Positions 50,540 through 64,000 of a DNA stretch of 64,000 nucleotides are shown here, one piece after another. A program made the translations under genes and the position numbers. Source of the stretch: Kondoa subrosea. Lineage: Eukaryota. The stretch lies in the NCBI GenBank assembly GCA_039545335.1, contig BCIN01000001.1, positions 2,545,136-2,609,135 on the forward strand, in the 5' to 3' direction. The notes under the pieces were generated by a model. That model was not told where the DNA came from, did no database searches, and saw nothing but the letters and a program-made list of their open reading frames with translations. Every line of letters begins with the position of its first letter. Position 1 is the stretch's first letter.

Positions 50540-52727
50540 ATGTCGACAAGCATGCCCATCACCACGACCGATTCCGATCAGACTTTGACTGAAGATCACA
50601 AGAATGACAAGCTTATCTATGTGACATTCGCGCCGGACGATGCTGAGAACCCATATAACTTCTCGAGGCTCAGGAAATGGACGCTGGTCGGCGCTGGAGC
50701 CGCTATGTATTCCTTCGTGTCAGTCTTCTACTTTCTTCGATGTCGATCAATTTGCTAATGATTACTAAAGTACCGCTGTCAACGCGACTGCATATCCTTT
50801 GGGCTCAGCTACTATGATTGCTGAGCTGAATTGTACCAATACACAAGTCCAGCTTGGAAACACAGCGTATTTGCTTTCGTGCGCGTGAGTCATTAATTTC
50901 ATGTTTCACTGTATTCGCGCTTATGCCGACATCAGCTTTGCTCCAATGTGTCTGGCACCACTGAGCGAGCAATTCGGAAGACTATATCTTTTCTTGGGAT
51001 CTCACCTTGTCTACACTCTTTGCTTTATCCCTCAAGCTCTGGCTCCGAATGTCTGGTACTTTGTTGGCTTCCGAATATTACAAGGAGCAGCTGGAAGTGC
51101 TGGAAACTCAATCACAGGCGGTATCGTTTCGGACCTGTTCAGAGCAGAAGATCGAAGTCTACCGATGACTCTTTTTGCAGTATTGATCATGATGGGACAA
51201 GCGCTTGGAGTAAGTCAGGTATGGTTCCCAACATACCTTGCTCATTCATCTACAGGGTCTTTTTGGATGGGTTGATCTGACAAGTCAGTTCCAGAGCGGG
51301 GCATCAAATTTGTGGAGCTGATTTTAGCATTAGTCGGTTTTCGCTGGATAAGCTGGATCAATCTCATCTTCTGCTGTGTTCACTTTGCAATAATGCTCCT
51401 CGTCTTCAAGGAAACTCGCGGTTCAGCTATACTCGAGCACAGAGCAGCTCGTCTTACGAAAAGCACTGGAATATTGCACCAAGTCGCTGAAGACGAATCA
51501 AAGCCTAAACCTACTCTTACACACCTGATCTCAAAATCAATCCAGCGGCCGTTTATTCTACTGCTGACAGAGCCAATAGTCATGGCATTCTCGATATATG
51601 TGTGTTATTTCCGCTGTCATACTTTTGTTGGCTGATATATGTTCAGGTTGCTTTCTTATGGGGACTGGTCGTAAGTACTCTTGCTTGGATTCGGACTAAT
51701 ATCTTATCCACTTTTGTCTGATTGCATTAGTTGTGAGTGATAACATCAAGACACCACTATCTTACTGAGGCTTGTTTCAGCTTGGCTTTCGCCAGTATAA
51801 GGCTAGTCTTTGCGCAATATGGATGGAACAGGGTGCGTAGGGAATGGTAGCTGATGATCCGACCCTCAATCTCCACCTGCAGGGTCTTCAAGGGACTGTC
51901 TTCCTTGCTATTGGCATCGGATCTGTTCTTGGTGCTGTGCTCAATAGATACCAAGATAGACTGTATGCGCGTGATGCCCGGAAATCGCCCATACATATGG
52001 CCAGAGTAAGACAAGTTCAGATCGCTGGGCTTCAGGCTTACTTTAGTTGACCCAGCCGGAATCAAGGCTATACGGAGCTTGTGTGGGAGCCATATTTGTG
52101 CCTATTTCGTTGTTCATGTAGTTGTTCTCGACCTTTCTAGCACGAGTCCAGCTAATGAGTTTGATGCAGGTTCGCATGGACTGGAAGACCGAACATCTAT
52201 TGGATAGCGCCTGCTATATCCCTTGTGTCCGTAGCATGTCCACACATTTGACATCAAACTGACTATTCTTCAGGCTTTTTATGGCATCGATTTTCCCGAT
52301 TTACCTTGCAGTGTGCGCGAATCTCTTCCAAAGCCGAAGACCTATCTACTAAATCTGTGACCTAGATTCGTTTATCTAGCGGACTCCTACAATCAATATG
52401 CTTCTTCGGCATTAGCAGCTCAGTCTTTTATGCGAAATGTCTTTGCGTAAGTTTCACTAGCGCCAACTTTTCGTGCACGAGACTGATTTAGGCAACAGGG
52501 GAACTTTTCCTCTTTTCGCAGCTGCTATGTACCGAAACCTAGGCTATCCTGTAGCCTCTTCGACTCTAGCAGGAATTGCAGCGCTACTCAGTCCCATTCC
52601 GCTTGGATTATTTCTCAAAGGTCAAGCGATTCGAAGTCGGTCCCGGATAGCGAAGAGAATATTAGCTGAAGAAGAACAGCGCTTGTCTGCGTACAGCGGA
52701 GCAAAAGAGAAAGTAACAAAAGTATAG
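50540..52727 (+). CDS. MFS transporter, DHA1 (drug:H+ antiporter) type
   Basis: DAENPYNFSRLRKW, APLSEQFGR, FRILQGAAGS, GGIVSDLF, GFRWISW, KETRG, LLLTEPIV, PESRL, YLADSY..YASSALAA; highly spliced. Confidence 0.93.
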
Positions 52728-52791
52728 ACACCACAATAGCATAAATGATGTATAGTAAACTTGTTTAGCTGCATGACTAGCATTTCGCACA

Positions 52792-54130
52792 TTATTGCAA
52801 AGCAGACAGACTCTTGACGAGTTGTTGCATCGTGTATAGCGGCGCTGAGTAGTCTAAGTCGTACCACCAGTTGCAACTAATGGCTAGCTGCTGATCTGAT
52901 CTGTTTGGGCCCGGTCCAACATCTTGTTCTACTTGATGAAACCAGAGAGCAGGTAGATAGAGCAGATCACCTCTTTCTAAAGTGGCAGTCATGGCTGGCA
53001 AATCAGTGTCTTGAGGGTTTTCGCTGATCCATGGTACAGTCGCTGCATCTACATCCGATTCGATGACCCATCGATCGTCTTTCCGTTTCCACCTTGCTGC
53101 TGGATAGCTTTGCTCTAGCATTGTTCATAAATAGAGGCACGTTAGAAGCCCTGACCAAGCATACCGTTCATCAAATGATAATCGCATGGTGGATATAGCG
53201 TGAAGTGCTTGCTTCCCTGTAATACCAGGTATAGATTTTCACTGCGAACTGGATCAAGTACCGATTCAGTGAGAGATTGTTCATCGTACTAGGGATCTGC
53301 TGTCTGTTAGAAAAATTAAAGATCATGTCGAGAAGAAGGTACTGACCTTTATGTAATGACGTTGTACTCCTAGAGTCGCCTATCCATATATTGACAGCGT
53401 CCGGTGGGGTATCTACATGGTATCAATGCGTGTAGTCAAACCTCCTTAGAAACTTACCAAAGTATTCCGATGCGAACGGTATATCTGTGCCAATGTCTTG
53501 TAGTAGCACAGAGAGATCTCCGGTCAGGTTTGAGTTCTGAGATTGCAGATAATCTATGTAGAACCCTTAGCTTGAGGGCAAATAAGCACTGAGTCGCCCT
53601 ACAAGCCTCGTTCGATGTAGTGTTGTCTAAAGCCTCAAAAAACTCTTTGATTGTCATTAATTCTTCAAGAGCTTCCACAAATCGACCTTCCACGACGGAG
53701 TCCGCTCTTCTGTAGCGCGCTCGACCTATTGAGACATGTCTGAGACAATAGATCCTAAACTTACCCGTTTGGCGAATGGGCTATCGCGAGCTTGCGATCC
53801 CCTAGTCGCTCACACAGATACTCATTCGTCCACGCGTAGAAAGCTCGAGCTGTTTCATTGCTCTTGTAGCTTCGTACTACAAACGGTCGATTCGCATTGA
53901 CAGCTCTGAAACCTAGATTGAGCAATCCACGGCATCCTCATATTTCCAGATTGACCTAGCGAAGCGCAGCGCTGTAGGTGCTTCAATCTCTTCTACATGC
54001 GGGGCAATAAATTCTTGCCGATTTGTGCTTATGAGGCTTTCTTCCGTGTTGCGTAACAATAAAGCATACCTCGATATTCAAGACTAGCCTGTCTCAAGCA
54101 CTCTTTAACAGCGCCAGAAGAGCCCTGCAT
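52792..54130 (-). CDS. JmjC/cupin 2-oxoglutarate-Fe(II) hydroxylase, JMJD7-like
   Basis: [62 protein letters not shown], NWWYD. Confidence 0.88.
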
Positions 54131-54206
54131 ATTGACTTTGTGGTCTTGAGCTATTCTTGCCTTGGACCAACGTGATCGCTCTTTTCTCACTTGTCGACCA
54201 CTGAGT

Positions 54207-57200
54207 ATGAATCCTATTCCATCTGCTTCGTTGTTGCCAGATGAACGAGGAGGTGGTAGTAAGAGGAAAAGAGTTGCCGTATGCCGCCCGCTCACTCGCT
54301 TATCACGGCCGCAATTGATAAACTTCTGGTTGTTATAGCTTTCTTGTTCTGAATGCAAGCGACGCAAGATCAAATGTAGCAAGACTATACCCTGTGAGGC
54401 TTGCACCAAGCGAGGTGAAGAGCATGACTGCAAGTGAGTTCTTTCGGGGTCATGTAGCTTGTTTAGCACGTTTGATCGATTTGGTTGTTCCGCAGGCCAG
54501 AGTTTCAAGTCCGTAGAGATGAACAGCAACAGCAACAGCAGCGAAGCACAGCTATCCTGCCTGTAGACGAGCTAGTCGCTATCAAAGCACGTCTGGCTGC
54601 TTTGGAAGTTGCTGTCTATGGAAATGGTGTTCACAACGGCTTCACAAGTCCGCCTCCACTGAATATGAGTATGAACTCTGTTGCTTCTCCTCCCGTTTCG
54701 AGATCTCGAGAAGATCCAGATAGGTGAATAGTCCTGTGTTGATTTGAATTAAGCTGATTGAACCAATCCGCAGCGATACCGAACAAGCTGCTGTAATACT
54801 AGAGTGTGTTCTCACATATGTACCTAGAGATCTTGGCTGATTCCAATTTCAGAGACATGAGTTTGGGTCAGTCTATTCTGATCAGATAATTGCTGCGAAA
54901 GCTAACACACATATCAGTGGGAGTCGGTATTCAAGCCGCTGGTGCTGGAGTGCAATGCCCGCCACAAGCAGTACAAGCAGCTCCAGGTTCCGACACAGTA
55001 TGCTCATCTACTCAGATCCACCGACTTAGACTGAAAAGAGCTTTGCACAGCTCTTGACGAACGCACAATCGCTGAGCTCGAATTCTCCAGAAGGCGTCTT
55101 TTTGCTCAAAGCTTCCTTTCGCGAATCCGTTATTGCCATGCTACCTACCAACGCGCAAATCGCCATTCTGGTCGGTCACTACTTTCAGAATCTAGCCTGG
55201 TTCGCACACGTCATTTGCAAACCGCAGCTTGAGAATGGTGAGTACCTTGTATACGACGTTTGCACGACTTTGATTCGTCCACACCAGAATTGAGAGAATT
55301 CTATATCTTGCGAGAGCGAAATGCTACCAATTCCATTGATGTAGCTTGGCTAGCTCTTCTTTTTGCTGTCTTGCATCATTCTATCCGATCCATGGCTCGT
55401 CTATGTATCAGCCCGATGGAAGGCATAGCGCAATCAGAATACATTGATCTCGCCAAGAAATGGCTCGAAGGAATGAAGGCAGCGCTATATTTGGCAGACG
55501 CTTTTCAAAGAGCACAAATCAGATGTATTCAGGCTTTGGTATGCTGCACTGGCGGTCCAGTGCGATAGATTGTTGACGTTCGATTTAGCTTTTGTTCGGC
55601 CCTGGAGCAGTAATGGGAATGGGTCAGAACGATGGTACAGACCTAACGATTTGGCGAAGTGCTACAATTCGATTGGCAATGTCACTCAATCTGCACAAGC
55701 TAGGAACGGACGAGAACAAGATGCCGAATCCAGATCAATCTCTGCCACCAAATTCTTCCCTTGCTCGCCAAGTACGATATTGTCCTCCTCTACGTACGAT
55801 AAACTGACCTTTATTGCAGATTGGATGTCGGATTTGGTGGCAGTGGGTGACTCCCATTTTTCACCCTCACTAGCTGACTTAAGTGCACAGTATCATTGTC
55901 GTAGACTGGATGGCAGCAGCTCACAAAAAGGGAGAACACTCAATTCTAGAGGGCTCTTTCGACACTCAACCACCTCTACACTGTAACGACTCCGATCTTG
56001 GTTTACATCCGCATCTTGAGGCACGACCGGAACGTGGGTTAAAATATCTAACAGGAGCATTTCGTGACGCTGACATCGCCTGTAGTGGAATTGACTGATA
56101 CTTCATTTGACTTGGTATACCGTCTGTCTCGCAACTTGAGTCAACTGCTGACAACCCTTTACAGGCAAAGATTCAATTGGCTTCTCATGCTCACGCCTGC
56201 GCTCAATTGAAGGAACGGGGCGAATTGACCTATGATAAGGTTTCCGAGCTTGAGGTTGACTGTCGCAATATGTCTGCTACATTCCAAGAGCGCATTCGGT
56301 TAGCAAAGCAAGGACCCGATAAGCCATATCACCTTCAAACTCACTGGTTGGCAACGTTGACCTTATCAGGTATGTTACATCGTTCGATGACTTGAATGTC
56401 AAGATGTTAAAGTCCCTACGACGGAAGGCTTGAACAACCGAGTAGGCTTTATAAGAGATACCTTCAATGATGTTCTAAGCCGTGGTCCAGGTGCTTCGTC
56501 TACACCGTCCTTTCTTGCACAAGGCTTTCCGAAACGAAACTTATGCAAGGTCTATACCGATCTGCGTCGACGCTGCATATAGGATAGCAGAATGCTTTCC
56601 GATCGTTACTAGCCCTGCTGCAACTTTGGGACAACCGCCGTTCATTAGTACGCAATTTTTGAACTTCGCGGTCTGCTCACTCAACGGTTCCGCATAGTGC
56701 TGCACAACTTGAACGCAGGGATTGCTCTTTCAACCTTGCTTCTTTGCAGCTTATCCCTGCCTGAAGACAATCCACATATTGTTTCGCACCGGCACCATCT
56801 CAACCTGATTGCTGAAACGCTTGAACGTTGTTGCTTATCTGAAGATCCTCCTTATCGCGCTTTGGCCAAACGTTAGTGGTCTCTTTCACTAGCTGAATGC
56901 CTCTAATGCTGCGTCTTAGATGTCTTGTTGACGATAAGAACTTTGATTGACGTGGAGGCCGAAAGAAGGCGAAACTCTTCAGCTTCGTCCAACAGATCGC
57001 TGGCGGATGTCTTCAAACAAGTCGCTACTGTTCATAAGGACTCGAAAAATGACGTGTCACCATCGACTTCGGTTGTCAGCCCTAGTGCCTCTTCTCAGAC
57101 ACCTTCGGATGAAGATCCAGCAAAAATGTTGGCGGATCTAGGTCTCTTTCTGGTCCGTGCTCTCTACTATGTTGAACTTTGCTGATACTTTGTGAATAAC

Positions 57201-57429
57201 ATCAGCCACCCCAAAATAGTCCGGGCAGCAGTTGGTTGGACTCGTCTGCACCTGCTGGCAATTTCGATCAAGATATCAGTCTGGACTGGGTGAGCTCCTC
57301 CAATTCCATCCTGGTGGTCATTATCATTGAGCTTCTGCATAGGAACAACTCATGTTCGGACCAGATCAGTTTTCGTTTGGGCAAGACCAAATGATGTTTG
57401 GCATGCCTACAGCGGCGTCAGGGTTTTGA
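54207..57429 (+). CDS. Zn(II)2Cys6 transcription factor with a fungal-specific middle domain
   Basis: CSECKRRKIKCSKTIPCEACTKRGEEHDC; WLALLFAVL, AIRL-like ATIRLAMSLNLH, LRLHRPF; many introns; stop TGA 57427-57429. Confidence 0.92.
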
Positions 57430-57692
57430 AGTTTCGGTCTAAGAGGTTGTACATTAGGGTCTTTGTATATTGCAATATGAGAACGGATTGAGGCAGACAT
57501 GACTGAACTTTCGCCATAATACAATGTGTTGTCTGAGCTATACTCTCGCGGCGGGCGACGAATTCAACAACATTTGAGGTGATCAGGACCGCACAAGCAC
57601 CATACGATAGCTTTAGAATAAAGTGTAATCTGGAGATAAAGTGGGTCTGGCCAATACAACTGTAAAGCGCAGTCACAGCACCCAGCGCAAAA

Positions 57693-57837
57693 TTTCCGGA
57701 GCGTAAGTCGAACTGAATGCTTCAATGAGTCCCAGGATTCAGTTGAGACCGATTGACTTGAACTTACCCCGCGACACCCAGATGGATGAAAGTATGCCAA
57801 TTACAGTCTGATGCTCTACCAACTGTGCTATCCAGAG
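57693..57837 (-). ncRNA. Diverged tRNA-Tyr(GUA)-like gene with a 17-nt anticodon intron (57800-57784) and a 55-nt GT-AG insert in the T arm (57767-57713)
   Basis: Minus strand: CTCTGGA TA GCAC AGTTGGTA GAGC A TCAGA CTGTAA [ttggcatactttcatcc] A TCTGG GTGTC GCGGG [gtaagt...cattcag] TTCGACT TACGC TCCGGAA A TTTT. Homology to the tRNA at 50167 is evident; function (tRNA, derived ncRNA or pseudogene) is unresolved. Confidence 0.8.
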
Positions 57838-58556
57838 ACGCTGCTGATGGATGATCTTCCGCATTCACAAGAAGTCAATCTCATTCAACGTATTCTGTAA
57901 GAATTTTCGGAGATCAGGCTCGAAGGTGTTTCCCGCGATGATGCGTTTTGCTCGTCATCACCTTCAGTTTTGCGGTTTGAGCTAGTCTGACGATAGCTGG
58001 TTCGTGTATCATCGAGGATCAGAGATGGATTTCACTGGAATAAGATCGATACGGGCATATAATTGCAGCCAAGAGATATCAACAGCGCTACGAAATGAGC
58101 TAGCTGCCTACTGTCGGTCTGTGCAAGTGTCACGGCCGCATTTTCATGCCAGGCAAAGAGCATGAATATCTGAGCAAGCGGTTGAGTAAGATCGCAAATC
58201 GATATGCGCAAGTGGAACGCCGGACAGTGAAGGCTTAGTAGAAGAAGGAAAAAAGAGCAGGTGGAATTTGCGAAAGAGCAAGACAGGGAAGGCTGTGCCA
58301 CTGAATGCATACAACTGAATGTATATGATGATCAATACCAGAACTGAAATCCCGACGTTGAAATGAACCAGCCTCGCTAATCGGCAGGACTGCAGATTAA
58401 GGAACAGAGGTAAGGTGTGACGGTGCCCAGCACTGTGGGAAAGTACCGGCAGAGTAGGTGCACCTATTTGTTGCAGAAGTTGCCTGACCGACCTGATTGT
58501 GTCTTGGTCCATTTCAGCCGCTCTATGCTTGTTCTGGTACCACTATCCTGCGCATA

Positions 58557-59910
58557 ATGCTTCTCCTACACGCCTGCTCTTACGTGGCAGCAGTGATCGC
58601 TTTCGTGTTCTGCACGCTGTCGTTGGGTAAGAAAGAGCCGCCTTTAAGACGATCACTTTTGCTAAATTACGCGGTACAGCGAGCGGACTGCTGTACATAG
58701 CAGAAGTCATCGAAGAACACACTAAGCTAGCCAAACTTATAGGACAGCGTTTAATCTACGCGGTTATTGGCTTTCATGTCCTTCTCTACTTTTCAGATCA
58801 TCTACCTTTGCATCTCATTCTCTTGGGCATCCTGTGTCATGCAGCTTACCTTACCAACCTGTCGACAGCGACTTGGCCTTTCATCTCCCTTTCTTCCATC
58901 AAGTTCCTCGCATCCTGCTGTCTGGTCCTGCTCGATCACTTTGCATGGTTCTTCTACTTCGCCGACAGAGCAAAGAGTATAGAAGAGAGTGCAGCAAGTC
59001 GGTTTAGACACGGGCGAACTCCTTATAGGCCAGCATGGGACGCAGGAATGACAAGAGGGAGAGCAGACGAACCACTCAGCTTTATGGATGTGGCTACTTT
59101 CTTTGGCGTCTGCGTCTGGCTTGTACCCTTCTTTCTCTTCCTCAGCTTGAGTGCAAACGATAATGTTCTTCCATCCCAAGGTGAGATTACTTCGCTTATC
59201 GTATCTGCAACATGCTGATACCTTCCTCAGCTGGAGCGGCTCCAACTGCAGCTCAAGTAGCAGCAAATCCAAAGACGGCAATGAATGGCGGCAATGGCTT
59301 AAGCCTCAACACCGCAGCATCTAGAGCTCTACCACGCGCTTCTATCCTCAAATCTATTCTCATCAATCCCCTTCTTTCACTTGTGCCCAACCTCCGGAAT
59401 CAAAATCGCTCTTCTCGATCTCAACGCGAAGGTCTAATAGCTTCACCTCGATTGCACAGTCGTACAAACTCAGGCAACACTTCCCCAACTTTTGGCAGTT
59501 TTCAACCATACATCAATGGCGGTCCACCTTCTGCCCCTTCTTCTCCTTTACAACAATCCAGAATGAATGGCAATGTATTCAGTAATAGTCCGCCTTTAGG
59601 TCGAATGCCGCCAATGAAAAGATCTCAGACCAGTGCACCAGGTCTACAAACTTCGCCGCACCATAATAGCAGTATTTTAGGAGGTGGACCAAGATCACAA
59701 TCACCTACTCCACAGAATGGTCTTGGTCAAGACATTGGTCAAGATCTGGGCTCTGGCAAAGTTTTACGAAGAGTAGCTAGTGGTAATGCTTTCCAAGGCG
59801 GATTGGGCATTTCTCAAGAAGACAGTAACGTAGGTGATTATAACGGGTCAAGAAGTAGTAGTCCAGCACCTCGAGCGTCTTCCTTGACGATGAAGAAAAG
59901 GACTGATTGA
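58557..59910 (+). CDS. SVP26: Svp26/Erv26 (TEX261) ER-Golgi cargo adaptor with a long disordered tail
   Basis: FCTLSLASGLLYIAEVIEEHTKLAK, TWPFISLSS, LLDHFAWFFYF, ATFFGVCVWLVPFFLFLSLSANDNVLP. Confidence 0.92.
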
Positions 59911-59977
59911 TGGATTGTATAACATGTAAATGGCTTTGCAGTGCATTCCGCCTTGTAAAAGTATTGAAATTTAGACT

Positions 59978-62772
<2,795 letters not shown>

Positions 62773-62918
62773 TCCAAGCTGTACCGTATCTGGGAAGCAG
62801 AGTCGGAAATTTCATCTTCTCTGCACTACTCTTTTCGATCAATTCCGTTCTTGTCTTCATTCGCACTCTCTCGCTCGCGTCATCTGTTCTGTACCACGCC
62901 AATCAAAGCGCTGTCTAC

Positions 62919-64000
62919 ATGGACTCTGGACCGCTGTAAGCGACTCGAAAAGCTCGAAAGTCAGCTGCATATTCAAGGACACACAGCTTTCTAGGCATAG
63001 ACGTTGGTTCCACTTCTGCGCGAGCGCTTCTCGTCACGCAAGATGGTAAAATACTCGCAACCGCTATTGAACCGATAACGACGAGAAGAGATGAATTACA
63101 AACTGCAATTTACGAGCAATCTTCTCAGCAAAGTAGGCTCATTTAGAGATCATCCGACTGTTCTCATGATTAATGATAAACCATAGTATGGAATGCTATT
63201 GCTACTTTGTGCAAAGCCGTTCTGGATCAATCAGGCGCAAAGAAAGAGGATATCAAGGGAATAGGTTTCGATACTACTTGTTCTCTCGTCGTTTGCGATT
63301 TCGAGGGCAATCCAGTAGCGGTCTCACCTGATCAAGATCAAAGCGAATATGATGTTATTCTGTGGTGCGATCATCGAGCAACGAAAGAAGCGAAACTCTT
63401 AAATGCTACTGGATCTCATACGCTCAAGTATATGGGTGGATCAGTTGGTGGATTATTTCTGCACACCTAGTGTAAGCTGATTCACTTCCAGGTCATTCCA
63501 GAGATGGCTTTACCTCGCGTGAATAACTGCTGCATCGCTATTGACTTTCCTATAGCTTACCATTTTTTCCAGATCCTTTGGCTCAAGAAACATCTTCCGC
63601 CGAACCGCTTTTCTCAATGTCAATTCTTTGATCTCCCAGACTTCCTGACTTACAAATGTACTGGTAATCCTGTACGAGGAAATTGTTCTTTGATCAATAT
63701 GTGCGGCTACGTTTCTGGTCAAGGTTGGGATAAGAGCATGTTGCGTAAAGTTGGCTTAGGCGAATTAGTGAGCTTTTTTTTCTTGATTTTAAACTGTTGA
63801 GCTAAGTGTTGCAGGTCGATAGAGACTTCGAACAGATTGGCGGAAGTCTTAGACAACCGGTATTGACTGCAGGTCAGCCTGTAGGGAATGGCTTAACGGC
63901 AACAGCAGCGAGTCATCTCGGTTTGGTCGAAGGGACGGCTGTAGGGAGTGCTTTGATCGATTCTTCTTGTGGTTGGACGGGAGTTGCGGCTAGTCAGAAA
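62919..64000 (+). CDS. FGGY-family carbohydrate (pentulose/ribulose-type) kinase, 3' truncated by the window
   Basis: FLGIDVGSTSARA, YEQSS, IKGIGFDTTCSLVV, VILWCDHRA, PEMALPRILWLKKH, FFDLPDFLTYKCTG. Confidence 0.92.

Noticed and set aside
57713..57767. Bulge-helix-bulge (endonuclease-type) reading of the T-arm insert
   Set aside because: The 3-nt bulge nearest the tRNA body lies on the 5' strand and the helix is longer than 4 bp, which does not fit BHB geometry by my manual fold.
57910..58012. Box C/D-like motifs (GTGATGA...CTGA) on the minus strand upstream of the tRNA-like gene
   Set aside because: No convincing terminal stem or rRNA guide adjacent to a D box that I could verify; a snoscan run would be needed.
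58032..58512. Minus-strand hydrophobic ORFs between the tRNA-like gene and SVP26
   Set aside because: The ATG is only 44 bp from the SVP26 ATG, with no recognisable family and no consistent splice model. A Pol II transcript here reading into the tRNA-like gene is not excluded.

Overview
Eukaryotic, very compact and intron-dense fungal DNA, most likely a basidiomycete yeast (inferred from protein content and the ~47-62 nt introns with CTRAY-like branch points). About 30 spliced genes were modelled by hand. Housekeeping genes: mitochondrial ribosomal L2, APC2, CSL4, CTNNBL1, BET2, SVP26, RIX7, a PPR protein and a JMJD7-like hydroxylase. Metabolic genes: succinate-semialdehyde dehydrogenase, amidase, SDR, two tandem acyl-CoA synthetases, Zn-ADH, esterase, alpha/beta-hydrolase and FGGY kinase. 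Also present are an MFS transporter, a Zn2Cys6 factor, several orphan genes and a normal intron-containing tRNA-Tyr(GUA). The most striking object is a second, diverged tRNA-Tyr-like gene (57693-57837, minus strand). It carries the usual anticodon-loop intron plus a 55-nt GTAAGT...CAG spliceosomal-type insert exactly at G53/T54 of the T arm. Other notable observations: APC2 and CSL4 stop codons interlock in one TTAA; a 2-nt microexon is needed for frame in the MFS gene; the two acyl-CoA synthetase paralogs differ at about 10 intron positions and show a 1-nt intron shift; and a frameshifted acetyl-CoA carboxylase fragment lies in the gene-poor first 4.4 kb. All family calls are from motif recognition only, no database search was run, and exon boundaries are manual predictions.
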